A stretch of 64,000 bases of DNA from an uncultured Gammaproteobacteria bacterium. Lineage in GTDB: Bacteria; Patescibacteriota; Microgenomatia; UBA10105; UBA927. The DNA lies in contig CAZEVT010000003.1 of the NCBI GenBank assembly GCA_964515005.1, positions 12,815 through 76,814 on the forward strand, given 5' to 3'. Both the position numbers and the translations under genes were made by a program. Position 1 is the first letter of the stretch, and each line of letters begins with the position of its first letter. The notes below the pieces were generated by a model. The model saw nothing but the letters and a program-made list of their open reading frames with translations, ran no database searches and had not been told where the DNA came from. Of the stretch, positions 20,214-29,790 are shown piece after piece.

Positions 20214-20946
20214 CAACACCATTAAAAAATCGCAAAGGGAAGAGTTTAATAGCTTGCTTCGTGAAGCAAGGCAAGAATACAGCTCTTTTGTTGAGGACTT
20301 TGCATCACGACATGAGCTTAATACACTTTTACGTTTTATGCCAAACTTGTCCTCGTCTTCAATTTTAGACATTGGCTGTGGGAGGGGTCGTTTTGCAATC
20401 CCTATCGCAAAAATAGCTAAAAATGTTGTCGGCATAGATACGTCTGATTACTCAATTAAATTATTTTGTGGTCAGATAAAAAAAGAACGCCTTCAAAATA
20501 TCTCAGCCCGTGTCATGGATTTTCATGATTTACCAAACGAAAAGAAATTTGATTATGTCCTCATGGTAAACGCGGTTCACCACATTCCGGAAATGAAAGT
20601 GTTACTGGAAAAAGTACGAAAGGTTCTCCGGAAGAACGGTAGACTCATCATTTATGAATTTAACCCGCTCAATCCCCTTTATATACCATTTTTAATTTAT
20701 TATAAACAGGCTTCAATGCATATGAATAGGGAATACTTCCGTAGTAATATATGGACGATGGGTAGGATTTTCGGTCGCTCGAACTATTCTGAAGTCAGTA
20801 AGTTTAGATACGGATTCCTGCCAACGGTTCTCTATAATGTCTCACCGATTTTTGTGAAGATAAATACAGCACTTAATTCCATACCATTGTTGAATCAGCT
20901 CTGTGCGTTTCATATACTTTCGTATAAAATAAGAACACGTGAATAA
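20200..20946 (+). CDS. Class I SAM-dependent methyltransferase
   Basis: ILDIGCGRG, VHHI, NPLNP. Confidence 0.85.
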   Translation: MKISNNTIKKSQREEFNSLLREARQEYSSFVEDFASRHELNTLLRFMPNLSSSSILDIGCGRGRFAIPIAKIAKNVVGIDTSDYSIKLFCGQIKKERLQNISARVMDFHDLPNEKKFDYVLMVNAVHHIPEMKVLLEKVRKVLRKNGRLIIYEFNPLNPLYIPFLIYYKQASMHMNREYFRSNIWTMGRIFGRSNYSEVSKFRYGFLPTVLYNVSPIFVKINTALNSIPLLNQLCAFHILSYKIRTRE

Positions 20947-20980
20947 AAATGACAAATAAACTATATTTTAGTACAGAATT

Positions 20981-22036
20981 CTAAACTTTATACAGAGATT
21001 CAAAGACATGTTGGGAAACCGTAGATGTCCTTTCGAAAATAGTTTTCCAATGTTTCCTTATTGGATAATCATTTTTTGTAATTCGCAACTGATCCTTAAG
21101 ATTTTCATTATCGTAATACTGTTTTGTATAGAATATTCCTTTACACTTCTTATCGATAAGAGAAAAATAATTTTCAATCTGCGGCATGGTCATTTCTTGG
21201 AACGAGTAGATATTGATAAATACGTCAAGGGATTCATCCGCTATGTTTGTTAATTGCCAGGGTGCGAGAAAAACTATTTTGTATTTTGATAATAACGCTC
21301 GGTCAAACTTTTTCATTCTTCGTGAGGCATCATACGTAAGAACCTTATGACGGGGAAAAAGTCGGGACAGGTAATACTGTGAGAGTATCAGTGACCCGGG
21401 AAGATCCACGATAATATATGTGGATTTTGGAATAGCTTTCGAACTTACATATCCGAGTCTGCCATAGCCCGCGCCCAGCTCGGCCACAATGATGTGTTTA
21501 TGTTTTGTTTTAATACGAGGGTATATGGTATAAAATTCATCAAGTGACTGAAGAAGGTCGTATGACATTACCGTTCCGTTAATATCATACGTAACAGGAT
21601 TTCCAATTCGAGGCTCTTCCAATGTATGTAATAAATGGAGAGAATCCCGTTTTCGTATAAGTTGCCAGTACGCCCACAAAAACATCTTGTAGAATCTGGG
21701 GTTTGTTGGAGCAAAGGCAGAAAAGGTCCTATTATATCTCTGTGTTTTAAAATTCTTGATGTCTTCAACATACAACACCCGTTCGAACTGATTATATAAA
21801 TCTTCCCAGTGGATAGAGGGTTTATACACCGGGTCGGCCTTTTCCATGTCGGCACGTAAGCCCTCTAGTTGTTTTAGAAGTCTTACATTTTTAGATGTTT
21901 TGATAGATTTAACGAAAATAAACCTTGCATATAACGAAAATTCCTCCCAAATTCTCTTTGGTATTGCGGATATGAGGCGTGGTTCCATTTTGATATACGT
22001 AAAATATTCCTTAAGAAATATAAGCGTTCTTTTCAT
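20981..22036 (-). CDS. Putative sugar O-methyltransferase
   Basis: EEPRIGNP, DLLQSLDEF, AELGAGYGRLG, VDLP, NIYSFQEM..QI.NYF. Confidence 0.8.
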   Translation of the reverse strand: MKRTLIFLKEYFTYIKMEPRLISAIPKRIWEEFSLYARFIFVKSIKTSKNVRLLKQLEGLRADMEKADPVYKPSIHWEDLYNQFERVLYVEDIKNFKTQRYNRTFSAFAPTNPRFYKMFLWAYWQLIRKRDSLHLLHTLEEPRIGNPVTYDINGTVMSYDLLQSLDEFYTIYPRIKTKHKHIIVAELGAGYGRLGYVSSKAIPKSTYIIVDLPGSLILSQYYLSRLFPRHKVLTYDASRRMKKFDRALLSKYKIVFLAPWQLTNIADESLDVFINIYSFQEMTMPQIENYFSLIDKKCKGIFYTKQYYDNENLKDQLRITKNDYPIRKHWKTIFERTSTVSQHVFESLYKV

Positions 22037-22049
22037 ATTTTGATCCCCA

Positions 22050-22093
22050 AGTATAACACAAAAGTATTCGAGGAAGAGTGAATAAGGTATAAT
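22050..22093. promoter_or_regulatory. Divergent promoter pair: minus-strand extended -10 TGTTATACT (22050-22058) and plus-strand TATAAT (22088-22093)
   Basis: Both lie in the 63-bp gap between divergent genes; the plus-strand box is 6 nt before ATG 22100. Confidence 0.6.
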
Positions 22094-22099
22094 TAGACA

Positions 22100-22882
22100 A
22101 TGACATCCAATGATTTGACCATATTGTTTTTGTCTTGTGACAAATATTCTGATTTGTGGCGGCCCCTTCTCTACTGCTTGCGCAAATATTGGAAAAATTG
22201 TCCCTACCCGTTATACCTGGGAAGCAATACCATGCCCCTAAAAGACAAACAGATACAAACGATACTCTCCGGACCGGACACAGATTGGTCCTCAAGCCTT
22301 CAAGCAATCCTCAAACAGATAACCACACCATATGTTTTTATCTGGCTAGATGACATTTTCCCGATTAAGAGAATCCAATCACAGGATTTTGCTGAGGCGC
22401 TGGAGTTTATGAAAAAACATGATGGCAAACATATGCATATGTTGCCCTCGCCGAAACCGGACAGCAAAACATCCGATGGACAGTATGGCCTCTATGAGAA
22501 AGGCACCCCGTATAGGTGCACCGCATTGGGTTTTTGGAAAGTCTCCTATTTACAAGATTTACTAATTCATAGAGAAAACCCTTGGAATTTTGAAGTCATG
22601 GGATCGTATCGAAGCTCATATGTAGATGGTTTTTATTGCACGATGAGGCCATTATTTCAGTCGCTTCATGTGATTGAGAAAGGACGGATTTTCCGAGCCG
22701 CATATGAGTACTGCCACGCTCATTCGATACCTTTATCAATAGGGAATCGGTCAGTACTTGCCAGTGCATTTCAATTGAGAAGCGAAATTCAGAAATTTTA
22801 TTTTAACAGCGTGAAGCATATTCCTTGGAAGATCCGCGTATCTATGATGAACGTATTGCGAAAATTGCTTATTAGTTATTAA
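22100..22882 (+). CDS. Hypothetical protein, probable GT-A fold glycosyltransferase
   Basis: SCDKYSDLW N-terminus, YVFIWLDD acidic motif, PWNFE; glycan-locus context. Confidence 0.55.
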   Translation: MTSNDLTILFLSCDKYSDLWRPLLYCLRKYWKNCPYPLYLGSNTMPLKDKQIQTILSGPDTDWSSSLQAILKQITTPYVFIWLDDIFPIKRIQSQDFAEALEFMKKHDGKHMHMLPSPKPDSKTSDGQYGLYEKGTPYRCTALGFWKVSYLQDLLIHRENPWNFEVMGSYRSSYVDGFYCTMRPLFQSLHVIEKGRIFRAAYEYCHAHSIPLSIGNRSVLASAFQLRSEIQKFYFNSVKHIPWKIRVSMMNVLRKLLISY

Positions 22883-22903
22883 TAGTTTGTGTATAATGAC
22901 GAT

Positions 22904-23872
22904 ATGAAAAAAGCACTCGTTACCGGAGCAGGCGGCTTTATCGGTCACCATCTAGTCAAAAGGCTTGCTGGGGAAGGATTTTGGGTTCAGGGTGTTGATC
23001 TTAAAAAACCGGAGTATAGTAAATCAGGAGCAGATGAATTTATTATCGGAGATCTTCGTGACCAAAAATTTTGTCAGAAAATTTTAAACCACACATTTGA
23101 TGAAGTATATCAGCTAGCAGCCGATATGGGCGGTGCAGGCTATATATTTACCGGAGACCATGATGCGGATGTCATGCGTAATTCTGCACAGATTAATCTC
23201 AATATGCTTCATTTTGGACGACTTGTGAAGATCAAAAAAATCTTCTTTTCTTCGTCAGCATGTATTTATCCGGAGCGGAACCAGGTAGACCCAAACAACC
23301 CAAACTGTTCAGAAGAGTCAGCCTACCCTGCGGCTCCCGATAGCGAATACGGCTGGGAAAAACTCTTTGGCGAGCGCATGTTTCTCGCATACAGTCGGAA
23401 TTATGGAATGGAAGTACGTATCGCTCGCTTTCACAACATATTTGGGCCAGAAGGCAGCTGGAACAACGGTAAGGAGAAAGTGCCATCAGCAATATGCAGG
23501 AAAGTGGCCGAGGCAAAAGACGGCGGAACTATAAAGATGTGGGGGGATGGAAAACAGACAAGGTCTTTCCTCTATATAGATGAATGCCTTCATGGCGTAA
23601 GGAAGTTAATGAATAGTAAGTTTACAGGGCCTGTGAACATTGGTTCAGAAGAAATGGTTTCTATAAACGGATTAGCTAAAATGATTATGGAAATAGCAGG
23701 AAAGAAGTTGAAAATAAAACACATTCCAGGACCACAAGGGGTGAGAGGCAGAAAATCAGATAATAGATTAATTCAAGAGAAGCTTGGTTGGACGCCGACT
23801 GCGTCTTTGAAAAGCGGACTGGAAAAAACGTATATTTGGATTGATGAACAAGTTCATAAATCCGGCAAATAA
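22904..23872 (+). CDS. GDP-mannose 3,5-epimerase-like NAD-dependent epimerase
   Basis: GAGGFIG, LAADMGGAG, SSACIYPE, PA.PD..YGWEK, RFHNIFGP.G.W..GKEK.P.A.CRK, WGDG.QTRSF, GP.GVRGR.SDN. Confidence 0.88.
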   Translation: MKKALVTGAGGFIGHHLVKRLAGEGFWVQGVDLKKPEYSKSGADEFIIGDLRDQKFCQKILNHTFDEVYQLAADMGGAGYIFTGDHDADVMRNSAQINLNMLHFGRLVKIKKIFFSSSACIYPERNQVDPNNPNCSEESAYPAAPDSEYGWEKLFGERMFLAYSRNYGMEVRIARFHNIFGPEGSWNNGKEKVPSAICRKVAEAKDGGTIKMWGDGKQTRSFLYIDECLHGVRKLMNSKFTGPVNIGSEEMVSINGLAKMIMEIAGKKLKIKHIPGPQGVRGRKSDNRLIQEKLGWTPTASLKSGLEKTYIWIDEQVHKSGK

Positions 23873-23891
23873 TTAGAAGAAGGATATTTAT

Positions 23892-24716
23892 ATGATCACA
23901 AATTTAGTTATAGGTTCTGAGGGCGGAATCGGTACCTCGTTATGTAAATTCCTCGAAAAAAAGAATGAAAAGGTAGTACATTTTGATATTAAGAAAGATG
24001 AAAAAGAGGACGGGAGAGTTTTTAAATTCGATTTTAAAAATATAGATAATGTTTATTTTCTCGCTTGGGATGTCGGAGGTTCAAAATATTTATACGAGTC
24101 TAAAGTGCAAATGTCCCAGCTTAAGTGGAATTTGCAGTTAATGGCCAATATTTTTGAGCACATCGAAAAAGACAAGAAAAAATTTTTGTTTGTTTCCAGC
24201 CAGTTATCCGAAGAGTGCGATACGGTCTATGGCGTAACCAAAAGGCTAGGAGAAGTCTGGACGCATTTACTTAAAGGAGCGTGCGTCAGAGTGTGGAATG
24301 CCTACGGGGTAATGGAAGAGCAAAATATAAAAAGTCATGTTATCTCAGATTTTATTTCTCAGGCCCTATTAAGTGGAAAAATTAAAATGATGACAAATGG
24401 AGAAGAATGGCGTCAATTTACGCATATAGACGACGTCTGCAATGCATTTTACATGGCTTTACGTACCAATAATTTGCGTAGAACTGTGTACGATGCAAGT
24501 AGCTACGAATGGGTTCGCATAATTGATATCGCGCAAATAATTTGTGATTTAACCGGTGCAAAATACTATCCTGGAAGGACAAAAGGTCACGATCCACTGC
24601 CGTCACTCAATATGGGGAGATTACCCGGGTGGCTGCCTCGTGTTGCATTAAGGGACGGCATACAGAATATGATCTATCAAACACAGAAATCATTACAACA
24701 TGTTAAAAAGAAATGA
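23892..24716 (+). CDS. NAD-dependent epimerase/dehydratase (atypical SDR)
   Basis: GSEGGIG, YGVTK catalytic motif, WNAYG, RQFTHIDDV; SD-like AAGGA upstream. Confidence 0.8.
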   Translation: MITNLVIGSEGGIGTSLCKFLEKKNEKVVHFDIKKDEKEDGRVFKFDFKNIDNVYFLAWDVGGSKYLYESKVQMSQLKWNLQLMANIFEHIEKDKKKFLFVSSQLSEECDTVYGVTKRLGEVWTHLLKGACVRVWNAYGVMEEQNIKSHVISDFISQALLSGKIKMMTNGEEWRQFTHIDDVCNAFYMALRTNNLRRTVYDASSYEWVRIIDIAQIICDLTGAKYYPGRTKGHDPLPSLNMGRLPGWLPRVALRDGIQNMIYQTQKSLQHVKKK

Positions 24717-24718
24717 TA

Positions 24719-25690
24719 TCACCGATACAATTTAGATAGATAATTGTTGACAAGGGCCTTTGTCGTGTAGCTTGCATGGGCTTTTTTATACGCGCTTTCG
24801 ATAATCCCCTCATATTTTTTATAATTACTAAGTATTTCTTGAAGTTTTTCATCTAGCTTGCCATACTCATAATAAATAAAATCCTTACCGGGTTCGAAGA
24901 AGTTTTCAATAATGTTAAAAGGATCTTTCCGGCAAAGAATAAGCGTTCGGCACAAGGCGCTTTCAAATATCCTATTCTTCACCTGCGGTATTACAATATT
25001 TTTATTACTAAACATCTCCCAGAAACGATACCATGGCGGAATGAATCGGAAGGCCTCGTTTTTGCGCCAGTCCTTTGTCCTCCAGATGAAAAAAATGTGA
25101 TCAGCCCGCGGAAATAATAAGTTGTGAACTAGGGCTACCTTGCTTTGCGCGAGTAATTTGAGTTTGTCTGGGTACGATACGTCAAAATTGGTGACAAGGT
25201 TGTGCACGCGTTGTGAAACAAATCTGTAGTTATAGTTGCTCATAGTTTGGATGTCCTCCAGAATGCTCGATGAGACTATGCTACCTATGTAAATGATGTC
25301 GAATAGTTTTTTGGTTTTTGGCGGGATATACTCCTCGTTGATAGGGTAAAAGATCGGAACTCTCTTATTATTATGTTGTCTTTTATTTAGCCATGTTGCC
25401 GTATAGGGGCAGATAGTGAAAATTTTATCAAAGTACCGATCATAACTGTCTGTGTCGTCAGGAAGACAAAACTTATTCGGTTCTTCAAATTCCAATCGTA
25501 CGAGCTTACCGGACAGAATGTTGTTTAATTCATTTTTAGATAAATTAAATTGATCCCATTGATAATATTGACCGAAGCCACCCTCTATTAAAACAAAATC
25601 CGCGCATTGTTTTTCGAATTGTTTAAGATGGTAAAATTGTCTTAAATCATCACGGCGCCCTATGTTTTTACCCGTTGGAAGAACCCGCAT
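24719..25690 (-). CDS. Putative glycosyltransferase (CgeB/Glyco_trans_1_2-like C-terminus)
   Basis: KNRIFESALCRTLIL...FFEPGKDFIYY; GGAG SD upstream of ATG 25690. Confidence 0.6.
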   Translation of the reverse strand: MRVLPTGKNIGRRDDLRQFYHLKQFEKQCADFVLIEGGFGQYYQWDQFNLSKNELNNILSGKLVRLEFEEPNKFCLPDDTDSYDRYFDKIFTICPYTATWLNKRQHNNKRVPIFYPINEEYIPPKTKKLFDIIYIGSIVSSSILEDIQTMSNYNYRFVSQRVHNLVTNFDVSYPDKLKLLAQSKVALVHNLLFPRADHIFFIWRTKDWRKNEAFRFIPPWYRFWEMFSNKNIVIPQVKNRIFESALCRTLILCRKDPFNIIENFFEPGKDFIYYEYGKLDEKLQEILSNYKKYEGIIESAYKKAHASYTTKALVNNYLSKLYR

Positions 25691-25691
25691 A

Positions 25692-26681
25692 CTATATTCT
25701 CCTTTTTGCATAGAGCTCTATGCTGTCTCCAACCTTAAAAAGGTCTAAAAGAGGTGATAATGAGAACATTTCCAGTAATTTAACAGGAATTGTATATATG
25801 CTGGAGTTTAGTCTGAATATCCGAAGAAAACTTCGGGAGAATATGCCCGAAGATTTCGTTCTCACATAGACAACACGAAATCCATTGTTTCTCATAAGGT
25901 GGGTAAGTCCTCTTATTGTATGATGCGTCCGGTGAAATGGAAGGTGTAAAAACATGTACCCTCCGCAGAGGCGTATGAGCGTTTCATAATTAGGAACACC
26001 AATAATCAGTTCGCCATTTTTCTTCAGAAATTTGTGTGCCCTTTTCAGTTCTGTATTTGGATCGACCAAGTGTTCGACCACGTGGTTTAATCGTACGATG
26101 TCGAACTTCGTATGGAGTTTTGCGACGGCTTCAAGATCAAGGTACGCCCGTATTCCATGGGACCTAAGTTTCTTAACTAATTTTTTGTCAATTTCTGTCC
26201 CGTATGCCGTGCATCCGGCCTTTTGCGCAATTTTGAGAAAATGACCCCCGCCACAGCCAATGTCTAATATTTTGATTCCTGTTGCAGTTTTGGTAGTGAA
26301 TAGTGGGTACGTTTGGAAAAGATAAGTGAAGAAAGGAAAAGTAAGAAACTTTTTTAGAATTAGCCCTTTCGTACTGAGACATGCAGTCATTACTTGTTCT
26401 TCAATGTACACGAGTAGTCTATAAGCGAGGGTATTACTAATTTTATCGTCGTGGGTATACCCGCTATAGTTTTTATAAATTTTATTCAGTTGCGTCTCCG
26501 TGTAGAACGGATAGGAATATCCCGTTCCACAACGGCGGCAGGTGTATATAGTATCGCACGTCGAAAAATCGTCGCGATATACCTGCGAATTGAAAACGAG
26601 ATTTTTTGTGATTGGAGCACTACACACTATACAGCGACCGTGTTTGTAGGTTTGATAATAATCGCTTAAGATCGTTTTCAT
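25692..26681 (-). CDS. Class I SAM methyltransferase with N-terminal Cys zinc ribbon
   Basis: CIVC...CRRCG; ILDIGCGGG; HVVEHL.DP; VPN; LPFHRTH. Confidence 0.85.
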   Translation of the reverse strand: MKTILSDYYQTYKHGRCIVCSAPITKNLVFNSQVYRDDFSTCDTIYTCRRCGTGYSYPFYTETQLNKIYKNYSGYTHDDKISNTLAYRLLVYIEEQVMTACLSTKGLILKKFLTFPFFTYLFQTYPLFTTKTATGIKILDIGCGGGHFLKIAQKAGCTAYGTEIDKKLVKKLRSHGIRAYLDLEAVAKLHTKFDIVRLNHVVEHLVDPNTELKRAHKFLKKNGELIIGVPNYETLIRLCGGYMFLHLPFHRTHHTIRGLTHLMRNNGFRVVYVRTKSSGIFSRSFLRIFRLNSSIYTIPVKLLEMFSLSPLLDLFKVGDSIELYAKRRI

Positions 26682-26690
26682 CTGACCAGT

Positions 26691-27554
26691 CTAGCTAATT
26701 CGCGAATGCTTGTCCAGGCGCCAGAAGCTGTTATAGACTGTCTTTTTAGTTAACTTTATACCACGATGAGCCAGATAGGGCAGAAGTCCCAGCGAATGCT
26801 GTGTCTTGACGTCCTCTACCAATAAAGTAGTATTTCTCGCTTTTTGAATGAGTCGCTTGCTTCCCTGTAACACTTTGATCTCGTGACCTTCAACGTCGAG
26901 TTTAATAAAGATGTCGGATTTATCGACGTGAGGAAAATGACTTACGTAATTATCAAGCATCTCGGTTTTGATAGTTATCTTTCGTGAGGTTGGAAAACTG
27001 ACGATCATTTTTTGCGGCGGATAGTAATAGAATTTTTGTGTGGCACTTTTATTACTTAATGCCTTCCGAAACAACGTGACGTTATGGAGTCTATTTATAC
27101 GAATATTTTCCTCTAATAATGAGAAGTTTTCCGGGTCGGGTTCAAATGCGTAGATTGCCATATTTTTTGAATCTTTTCGAAATCTATTTCCAATGGTTAC
27201 GGTATATTTTCCGAATTGAGCTCCTATGTCTATAAATATTACCCGACGATTTTGCACCAGCGAATCCGAAATTCGGCGAATAAGTTCTTCAATATCTAAC
27301 CGTTCAAATGCGGGAGAAGTTACTTTTACATCCCAACAAATATCTCTGATGCGAAAATCACCGAATTTTGTCTTAAGGAGCAATTTTTTGGTAAAGTCTG
27401 ATGCAAAGTTTTTCCGGTTAATCACTAAATAGAGGTAATAGAATTCGTTTATAAGAAAACGAAACCGCGGATTTCGACACTCAAGAGGTGACAGAAGATT
27501 ATAGAAGGCTAAAGAAAAATAAAATCTTAACTTTGAAAGACCGGAAAATTGCAT
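26691..27554 (-). CDS. FkbM-family methyltransferase
   Basis: FIDIGAQFG, YAFEPDP, IKLDVEGHE..VLQG. Confidence 0.88.
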   Translation of the reverse strand: MQFSGLSKLRFYFSLAFYNLLSPLECRNPRFRFLINEFYYLYLVINRKNFASDFTKKLLLKTKFGDFRIRDICWDVKVTSPAFERLDIEELIRRISDSLVQNRRVIFIDIGAQFGKYTVTIGNRFRKDSKNMAIYAFEPDPENFSLLEENIRINRLHNVTLFRKALSNKSATQKFYYYPPQKMIVSFPTSRKITIKTEMLDNYVSHFPHVDKSDIFIKLDVEGHEIKVLQGSKRLIQKARNTTLLVEDVKTQHSLGLLPYLAHRGIKLTKKTVYNSFWRLDKHSRIS

Positions 27555-27561
27555 ACGGTAC

Positions 27562-27606
27562 AGTATAGCTCCTTTTGATTAGCTTTGGAAGGTAATATGA
27601 TACAAT
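27562..27606. promoter_or_regulatory. Divergent promoter pair: minus-strand TATACT (27562-27567) and plus-strand extended -10 TGATACAAT (27598-27606)
   Basis: The minus-strand box is 7 nt before ATG 27554; the plus-strand gene has an AAGGA SD. Confidence 0.55.
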
Positions 27607-27632
27607 TCCTAAGACTTATTTGAAAAGGACGT

Positions 27633-28751
27633 ATGCGTAATAGAAGTATTTACATCTTCATCGGTACGACCGCTGAACTTATCAAACTTGTCCCGGTAAT
27701 CAGGGAGCTTAAAAGACGAAAGATCGTCTTTACCGTCGTTGCATCCGGGCAAAATGATATATATTTTGAAGAATTTGCTGCGGAGTTAGGTAATGTGGAA
27801 ATATCATATGCTGTAACCCCGAAGGGAAAAGAGCCTTCCCTCGTGTTTTTTTTCTTTTGGGCGGTGAGAACCTTTTTTTCACTTATAATGGGAATGAAGG
27901 GACATTTTCAGGGATTAAATAAAACGAACTCATTTTTTATTGTACATGGCGATACAGTTTCATCTCTTATAGGATCACTCGTTGCATCTATGTATGGTCT
28001 TAAACTTGTGCACATCGAGTCAGGACTTAGATCTTTCAATTTTTTGGAGCCTTTTCCTGAAGAACTGTGTCGTTACATAATCTCACGGTTAGCCGATATT
28101 CATTTTTGCCCGAATGCGTGGGCAGTAGATAATCTCAACCTCGTTAAAGGTGTAAAGGTAAATACATATGAAAATACTCTCATAGAAACGTACTGGTCCG
28201 CGCTAAAAACAGCTAGCGACCATCCACTTGTTCACCAACTTCAGAAGCAAAAAACTCCATATTTTGTACTGGTTGTCCATAGACAAGAGCATGTTTTATT
28301 CGGACAAAAGCGAACTGCAGAAGAGCTTAAGTTTGTACTGAACACGGTGCCAAAAAATATGCGATGTATATTTCTCGTTCATGATTTATCTTCGAATTTC
28401 ATCCGGTCTTTGAGTCTGGTCCTATCTCAGAAAGTAGCTGCCAACATGATCCGCGTCGGGCGATTATCGTATCTGGACTTCATGCACTTATTGCGGGGAT
28501 CAGAATTTATGATTACTGATGGCGGCAGTAATCAAGAAGAAATGTACTATATGGGTAAACCGTGTTTACTCCTCCGAGGGACAACCGAACGCGTAGAAGG
28601 GTTAGGGAAAAATGTTATGTTAAGCAAAAACAAGAAGAAAACAATTATGCAATTTTTACGCAATTATAATACGTATAAAAGACGGTCAGTAAAGTTGGAC
28701 CTGCGCCCGTCGGATATAATAGTTGACTATTTATTTAATCATGGCTCATAA
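27633..28751 (+). CDS. UDP-N-acetylglucosamine 2-epimerase family protein (divergent)
   Basis: GTTAELIK, SGQ, VHGDT, HIESGLRS, PFPEE, HRQE, TDGGSNQEE, TER.EG. Confidence 0.82.
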   Translation: MRNRSIYIFIGTTAELIKLVPVIRELKRRKIVFTVVASGQNDIYFEEFAAELGNVEISYAVTPKGKEPSLVFFFFWAVRTFFSLIMGMKGHFQGLNKTNSFFIVHGDTVSSLIGSLVASMYGLKLVHIESGLRSFNFLEPFPEELCRYIISRLADIHFCPNAWAVDNLNLVKGVKVNTYENTLIETYWSALKTASDHPLVHQLQKQKTPYFVLVVHRQEHVLFGQKRTAEELKFVLNTVPKNMRCIFLVHDLSSNFIRSLSLVLSQKVAANMIRVGRLSYLDFMHLLRGSEFMITDGGSNQEEMYYMGKPCLLLRGTTERVEGLGKNVMLSKNKKKTIMQFLRNYNTYKRRSVKLDLRPSDIIVDYLFNHGS

Positions 28752-29790
28752 ATCAATTTTGAGTATCGTTATCGCAACGTTTAATTCAGAACGACTCCTT
28801 CCACGTGTGCTAGATTCCATTGCGAAACAAACGTATCCGAGTTCGAAAATAGAAATCCTCACTATTGACGGTGGTTCGACGGACGGGACAAGGGAAATTG
28901 CAAGGTCGTACGGCTGTAGAGTTATCGACAATCCGAAGACGCTCCCCGCATGGGCCAAATATATTGGATACACACATGCCCGCAGTGCGTACCTGATGTA
29001 TCTGGACAGTGATGAGATTATTGAAAGCACTCAGAGTATCAAGAGAAAAATTAATATCCTTCAGTCAAACCCATCGGTTCATGCCGTAACCGGAAGTGGG
29101 TATAAAAGCCCCAAGAGCTATTCTATTTTAAATGATTATATCAATGAATATGGAGACCCGTTTTCGTTTTTCATGTACCGCCTCTCAAAGAGCTATCGAT
29201 TTTTTGTGAGATCGATGAAGACTACATATTCGATCGTGGAGGAAAATAAGGATCATATTATTTTTGACTTTTCTCATTGTCGTGAGTTGCCAATTTTTGA
29301 ATTGGCAGCAATGGGGAGTATCGTAGATCTTCAATATTTGAGAACAAATTTTCCAAATATTTTGAAGAGTCCTGGCTTGATTTGGCATTTTTTCCATTTG
29401 CTTGTTTCCAAAGGCACATACATCGCAATAACCAAAAATGACGCACTCGTTCATTACTCTGTCAATTCGCTTCGTCACTATCTTCGCAAGATTACTTCTC
29501 GTGTGATAACAAATGTTTATACCCCTGCCAAAGAAGGATTTAAGGGGAGAGATGAATTAGCAGCTGGATACGGGTACATTAAACGATATTTATTCTTTCC
29601 CTACACGTTTTCAATCATATTACCTTTGATCGACAGCATATATTTATCGTTAACACGACACAATTTCGGTTACCTTGTGCATGTGCCCTTGTGTATCTAT
29701 ACCGCCAGTTTAATTATGTATTATTCGGTATTAAAGCTATTTGGTAGTCAACCGATTTTCAGATCGTACGGTGGGGCGCAACCTTTATGA
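28741..29790 (+). CDS. GT2 glycosyltransferase with C-terminal hydrophobic segment
   Basis: IATFNSE, DGGSTDGT, YLDSDE; ATG at 28741. Confidence 0.85.
   Translation: MAHKSILSIVIATFNSERLLPRVLDSIAKQTYPSSKIEILTIDGGSTDGTREIARSYGCRVIDNPKTLPAWAKYIGYTHARSAYLMYLDSDEIIESTQSIKRKINILQSNPSVHAVTGSGYKSPKSYSILNDYINEYGDPFSFFMYRLSKSYRFFVRSMKTTYSIVEENKDHIIFDFSHCRELPIFELAAMGSIVDLQYLRTNFPNILKSPGLIWHFFHLLVSKGTYIAITKNDALVHYSVNSLRHYLRKITSRVITNVYTPAKEGFKGRDELAAGYGYIKRYLFFPYTFSIILPLIDSIYLSLTRHNFGYLVHVPLCIYTASLIMYYSVLKLFGSQPIFRSYGGAQPL

Noticed and set aside
19179-29790. Prophage or IS-bounded genomic island
   Set aside because: No integrase, transposase, tRNA, att-like direct repeats or phage genes were seen.
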